DNA from: Macrostomum lignano
Taxonomy: Eukaryota
Assembly: GCA_002269645.1 (NCBI GenBank)
Contig: NIVC01000494.1
Span: forward strand, 248,001-312,000
DNA length: 64,000 bases
Direction: 5' to 3'
This document shows, piece after piece, positions 60,101 to 64,000 of the stretch. The translations under genes were made by a program, and so were the position numbers. The notes beneath the pieces are model-generated. The model did not search any database. It was given only the letters and a program-made list of their open reading frames with translations, and was not told the DNA's origin. The first letter of the stretch is position 1; every line of letters begins with the position of its first letter.

Positions 60101-60860
60101 GCTACTCATCAACCGGTACGTTTGACAGGACACAGCTACTCATCAACCGGTCCTTTGGTGGTTAATAGTTGAAAAAAACGGGACGAGACAATGATCAATT
60201 TAGTAGAGATTTTAAATGAAATGAAACAAAATTAGACACAAAAGAACCTACTTCAAGTAATATAAATGTCACAAAATGTCTAAAAAAGGACACAGCGGAC
60301 TCTTACTTAGACTCGGCGCCCGTATAACCGTGCAAACAATTGCTCTCCATATAGTCCAATAGGCCGCGCAAAAACTCGTGCGCATCCTCTTGCCGATTAA
60401 GGCGCATTGTAGGCGATATAGCGCTCAATCTGTTCATGAAAGCGCGCGGATAACAGGCCGACCCGGGGCCGCAGCTGTAGCGCTTATAATAGCGCACAAA
60501 TTCGCAAACTGCGCACCATTTGTCAACGCTAGGCACAATTCTACAAGTTGACACGTGACTGCTCAATACGAAATTGATAAAAGCCGGCGTGTGCAGCAGA
60601 GACTGGAGCACAGAGATCATATAGCAGTAGTTGCCTTCGTTAGTGAAGCCAAACGGTAGACCAGTGTAGCTGTGCTGCAGCTGTACCAGCTTGTAGGAGA
60701 ACAGCTTTGGTTGCTGCTGCTGCTGCTGCTGCAGATGCTGCTGCCTGTCTCCATTCAATAATCTGTGATGCCCGTAGCCGTTCGAAGTTGAAGCGATCGA
60801 TCCGTTGCTATTAGAGCCATTCTGCTGCTGCTGCTGCTGCTGCAGGATGGGTGCCAGCAT
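57115..60860 (-). CDS. USP36/USP42-like ubiquitin-specific protease; exons 60860-60307, 59363-57773, 57267-57115
   Basis: Cys box GFTNEGNYCYMISVLQSL; QEDAHEFLRGLLD; Zn-finger C..C; His box YSVVIHHGASTKFGHYYCY...WWCLNDASV. Phase-consistent GT-AG introns; Ser-rich tail and His/Arg/Lys-rich last exon. The start codon is uncertain. Confidence 0.88.
57400..57730. repeat. Intronic repeat on gcataagcgc core
   Basis: Tandem variants. Confidence 0.85.
59500..60150. repeat. 36-bp intronic minisatellite (cacagctactcatcaaccggtatgtttgactggaca)
   Basis: Tandem array. Confidence 0.93.
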
Positions 60861-61065
60861 CCCGGGACGCTGGGCGGCGATTGATGAAGCCAGAATTGTC
60901 AAATTAGTATCACTTGTAACCAGATAAATTTATATTAATTATTATTTAATCCAGATTCCAAAACTGCGGCGACTCAATTCGGCATGCGATCAGATCAGGA
61001 ATGTTTGGCAACCTTTCTGATTAAGCTACTAAAAGTAGTATTATGATTCAATTTTAGGTCTACAT

Positions 61066-61344
61066 AATAATAATAATTTGATTACACCTGCCCTAATGGG
61101 AAGATGTGCAACCGACAGCTCAGCCGCAGCTATTGCGCGGCGCATCTGAAGGCTGCGTACGGCTGTTCAGTCCAAGGACTGGGGGGTCGCCACACACACC
61201 CTCAATTACCCCAGCTGGGTGAACTCAAGCAATGTAGAGTCAAGTGTCTTGCTCAAGGACACAAATTGTTCCGAGTGGGTCGAGAATCGAACCCCAGACC
61301 TTCAAGTCGTGAGTTCGACGCTTTAACCACTAGGCTACAACCCC
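61066..61344 (-). mobile_element. tRNA-derived SINE, apparently full-length copy
   Basis: Minus strand GGGGTTGTAGCCTAGTGG (A-box) ... GGTTCGATTC (B-box); (att)n tail; same family as the 7.2, 21.8 and 33.8 kb copies. Confidence 0.85.
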
Positions 61345-62163
61345 TAGTTCTACAAAGATCGACAAAAACTTAAAATAAATCAGGTAAATAAATGAAGAGC
61401 AAAAATGCACTTAATCAGCAATAAAATCCCAAAAACCATAAATTAACCTTGTATTTTTATTTAATAAATTCTCAGTAACATTGACAGAAGAAAAAACACG
61501 ATTGGAAACACACTGGACAAGATAGTTATGTATATAGTTTTTTTAATTCTGACCACAGATACTATAATAACTAGATGGGCCTCTCAGCACATTTGCGTGT
61601 AAGCTACTGTCAGTTCAGTAGTAAGTTGTTAAACAGAAGCATCTTAATGTATTTTTTAAGCCAAGGTTCATTTATTAGCTCTTACCCTCCACTAAATCCT
61701 GTAATTGCGCCTTATCAAGACTACCCCTTGCCCCACCCCAATTTTTATTGCCTTTCTCGGAATTCCAGTCTAAAGTAGCCATGTACATTTCAGTGGACTG
61801 GCTAATGAACATTATTGCTGAACCAATTAGCAAGTTGTTCTTCCAAACTTATCAACGTCATTCCAGCTGCCTTTATTTTTATAAAATAGCTTATGTTTTC
61901 TTCTTTGCTACTGAACTGAAAGTAGAAAGCTGATTTGCTAAGTATATGTGCCTGAGTGGCCTATCTAGACATTTTATTATCTGCGACTCTGACTAACATT
62001 TCGAAAACCAATTTTTGCTAGACTACTAACTCAAGAGTAGTTTAAGCGATTATTAATACCATAATTTATGATAGAACATCTAGAGATATATATCTAGGGA
62101 TACTATAGTCATTAACAATGCCCTACACCATCAGTTATTGGAGCTAAGACAAAAAAATCTAAT

Positions 62164-64000
62164 CTACCAACGTCCGCCGCGAGCTTTCTTCTTTTTCTGC
62201 TGCTGCTGTTGCTGCTTCGGCTTAGTCGCCGTGGCGGCGGCGGCTGCTGCTCCGACAGCCGATTCTGAAGGGGCAGCAGCGGCCGCGGCGGCGCCTTCGG
62301 CAGCTTCAGCGGCGGCGGCCATCTGTCTGGCTCGAACGTCCAAATCGCCGGAGGCCGCGGTGGCGCCCTGCGGTCCGCGCGTCATCTGCCTGTGCTTGTC
62401 CTTCTTCTTGCCCCGATAGTAGGAGCGCTCCCGGCGGGGCAGCCAGCGCTCGGTGTCGGGCGGCGGCCCGGCAGGATCGAAGTTCTTAGGCAGCTTGCCC
62501 TTCTTCTTTTTCTTCTTCTGAGCGGCGGCAGCCGAGGCTGGCGAAGCGGCGGCCTGCTTAGCCGCTTCTCTGCGGATGCGAGAAATATATTGATTTTGAT
62601 CTGTTTGTCAACAATAATTGCCGCCGAAGTTGAGATACTGGCGCTAAAGTTGAGATACTGGCGCTAAAGTTGAGATACTGGCGCTTAATTTGAGTTACTG
62701 GCGCTAAAGTTGAGATACTGGCGCATAATTTGAGTTACTAGCGCGTTAAAGTTGAGATACTGGCGCTAAAGTTGAGATACTGGCGCTAAAGTTGAGATAC
62801 TGGCGCTAAAGTTGAGATACTGGCGCTAAAGTTGAGATACTGGCGCTAAAGTTGAGATACTGGCGCTAAAGTTGAGATACTGGCGCATAATTTGAGTTAC
62901 TGGCGCGTTAAAGTTGAGATACTGGCGCTAAAGTTGAGATACTGGCGCTAAAGTTGAGATACTGGCGCTAAAGTTGAGATACTGGCGCTAAAGTTGAGAT
63001 ACTGGCGCTAAAGTTGAGATACTGGCGCTAAAGTTGAGATACTGGCGCTAAAGTTGAGATACTGGCGCATAATTTGAGTTACTGGCGCGTTAAAGTTGAG
63101 ATACTGGCGCTAAAGTTGAGATACTGGCGCTAAAGTTGAGATACTGGCGCATAATTTGAGTTACTGGCGCGTTAAAGTTGAGATACTGGCGCTAAAGTTG
63201 AGATACTGGCGCATAATTTGAGTTACTGGCGCATAATTTGAGTTACTGGCGCGTTAAAGTTGAGATACTGGCGCTAAAGTTGAGATACTGGCGCATAATT
63301 TGAGTTACTGGCGCGTTAAAGTTGAGATACTGGCGCTAAAGTTGAGATACTGGCGCTAAAGTTGAGATACTGGCGCATAATTTGAGTTACTGGCGCGTTA
63401 AAGTTGAGATACTGGCGCTAAAGTTGAGATACTGGCGCATAATTTGAGTTACTGGCGCATAATTTGAGTTACTGGCGCGTTAAAGTTGAGATACTGGCGC
63501 TAAAGTTGAGATACTGGCGCTAAAGTTTAGATGATACTGGCGCTAAAGTTGATGCTGGCGCTAAATTTGAGATACTGGCGCTAAAGTTGAGATACTGGCG
63601 CATAATTTGAGTTACTGGCGCGTTAAAGTTGAGATACTGGCGCCAAAGTTGAGATACTGGCGCCAAGTTGAGATACTGGCGCTAAAGTTGAGATACTGGC
63701 GCTAAAGTTGAAATACTGGCGTGTTAAAGTTGAGATACCGGCGCTAAAGTTGAGATACTGGCGCCAAAGTTGAGTTGCTGGCGCGTTAAAGTTGAGATAC
63801 TGGCGCTAAAGTTCAGATGATACTGGCGCTAAAGTTGATGCTGGCGCTAAATTTGAGATACTAGCGCCAAAGATTAACTACTGCGCTAAGGGTTAGCTAC
63901 TGGTGCTAAAGTTGAGATATAATAAACAAGTCAAACTTACTTTTCACCGGATTTAGCCGGTCCAGGAGCCCGCTTGGCCGAATATTTCGAGCCGAACGCG
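62164..64000 (-). CDS. SRP72: Signal recognition particle subunit SRP72, last two exons (64000-63941 partial; 62569-62164)
   Basis: KKKKKKGKLPKNFDPAGPPPDTERWLPRRERSYYRG (SRP72 RNA-binding domain); phase-2 GT-AG intron. Confidence 0.9.
62630..63890. repeat. 20-bp intronic minisatellite (ctaaagttgagatactggcg) with interleaved variant unit
   Basis: Tandem array in the SRP72 intron. Confidence 0.95.

Overview
Eukaryotic (animal) genomic DNA with GT-AG introns, very many private minisatellites, SINEs/MITEs and poly-Q/poly-A-rich proteins. The overall style resembles a Macrostomum-type flatworm genome, but this is inference only. Host genes: a 4-exon GALK2-like kinase (+, 7927-10703); a class I glutaredoxin (+, 14551-14931); a divergent ETS-domain factor (+, 23327-24906); an 11-exon Meis/homothorax TALE homeobox gene (-, 29884-42345); a USP36/42-like deubiquitinase (-, 57115-60860); and the last two exons of SRP72 (-, 62164-64000). 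The centrepiece is an 11.9 kb Polinton/Maverick-type endogenous virus (43969-55865) with AGTAGT-starting TIRs and an exact 6-bp TSD (ACGCGT). It carries a collapsed protein-primed PolB, an integrase apparently interrupted by a spliceosomal intron, minor and major capsid genes, an adenain-like protease, a packaging ATPase, two conserved small ORFs and a DEDD exonuclease. At its right end is a convergent pair encoding a divergent TATA-binding-protein-like ORF and a PC4-like ORF, i.e. a possible element-encoded Pol II transcription module, which is the most interesting signal here. All protein assignments are by eye from motifs, not database searches.
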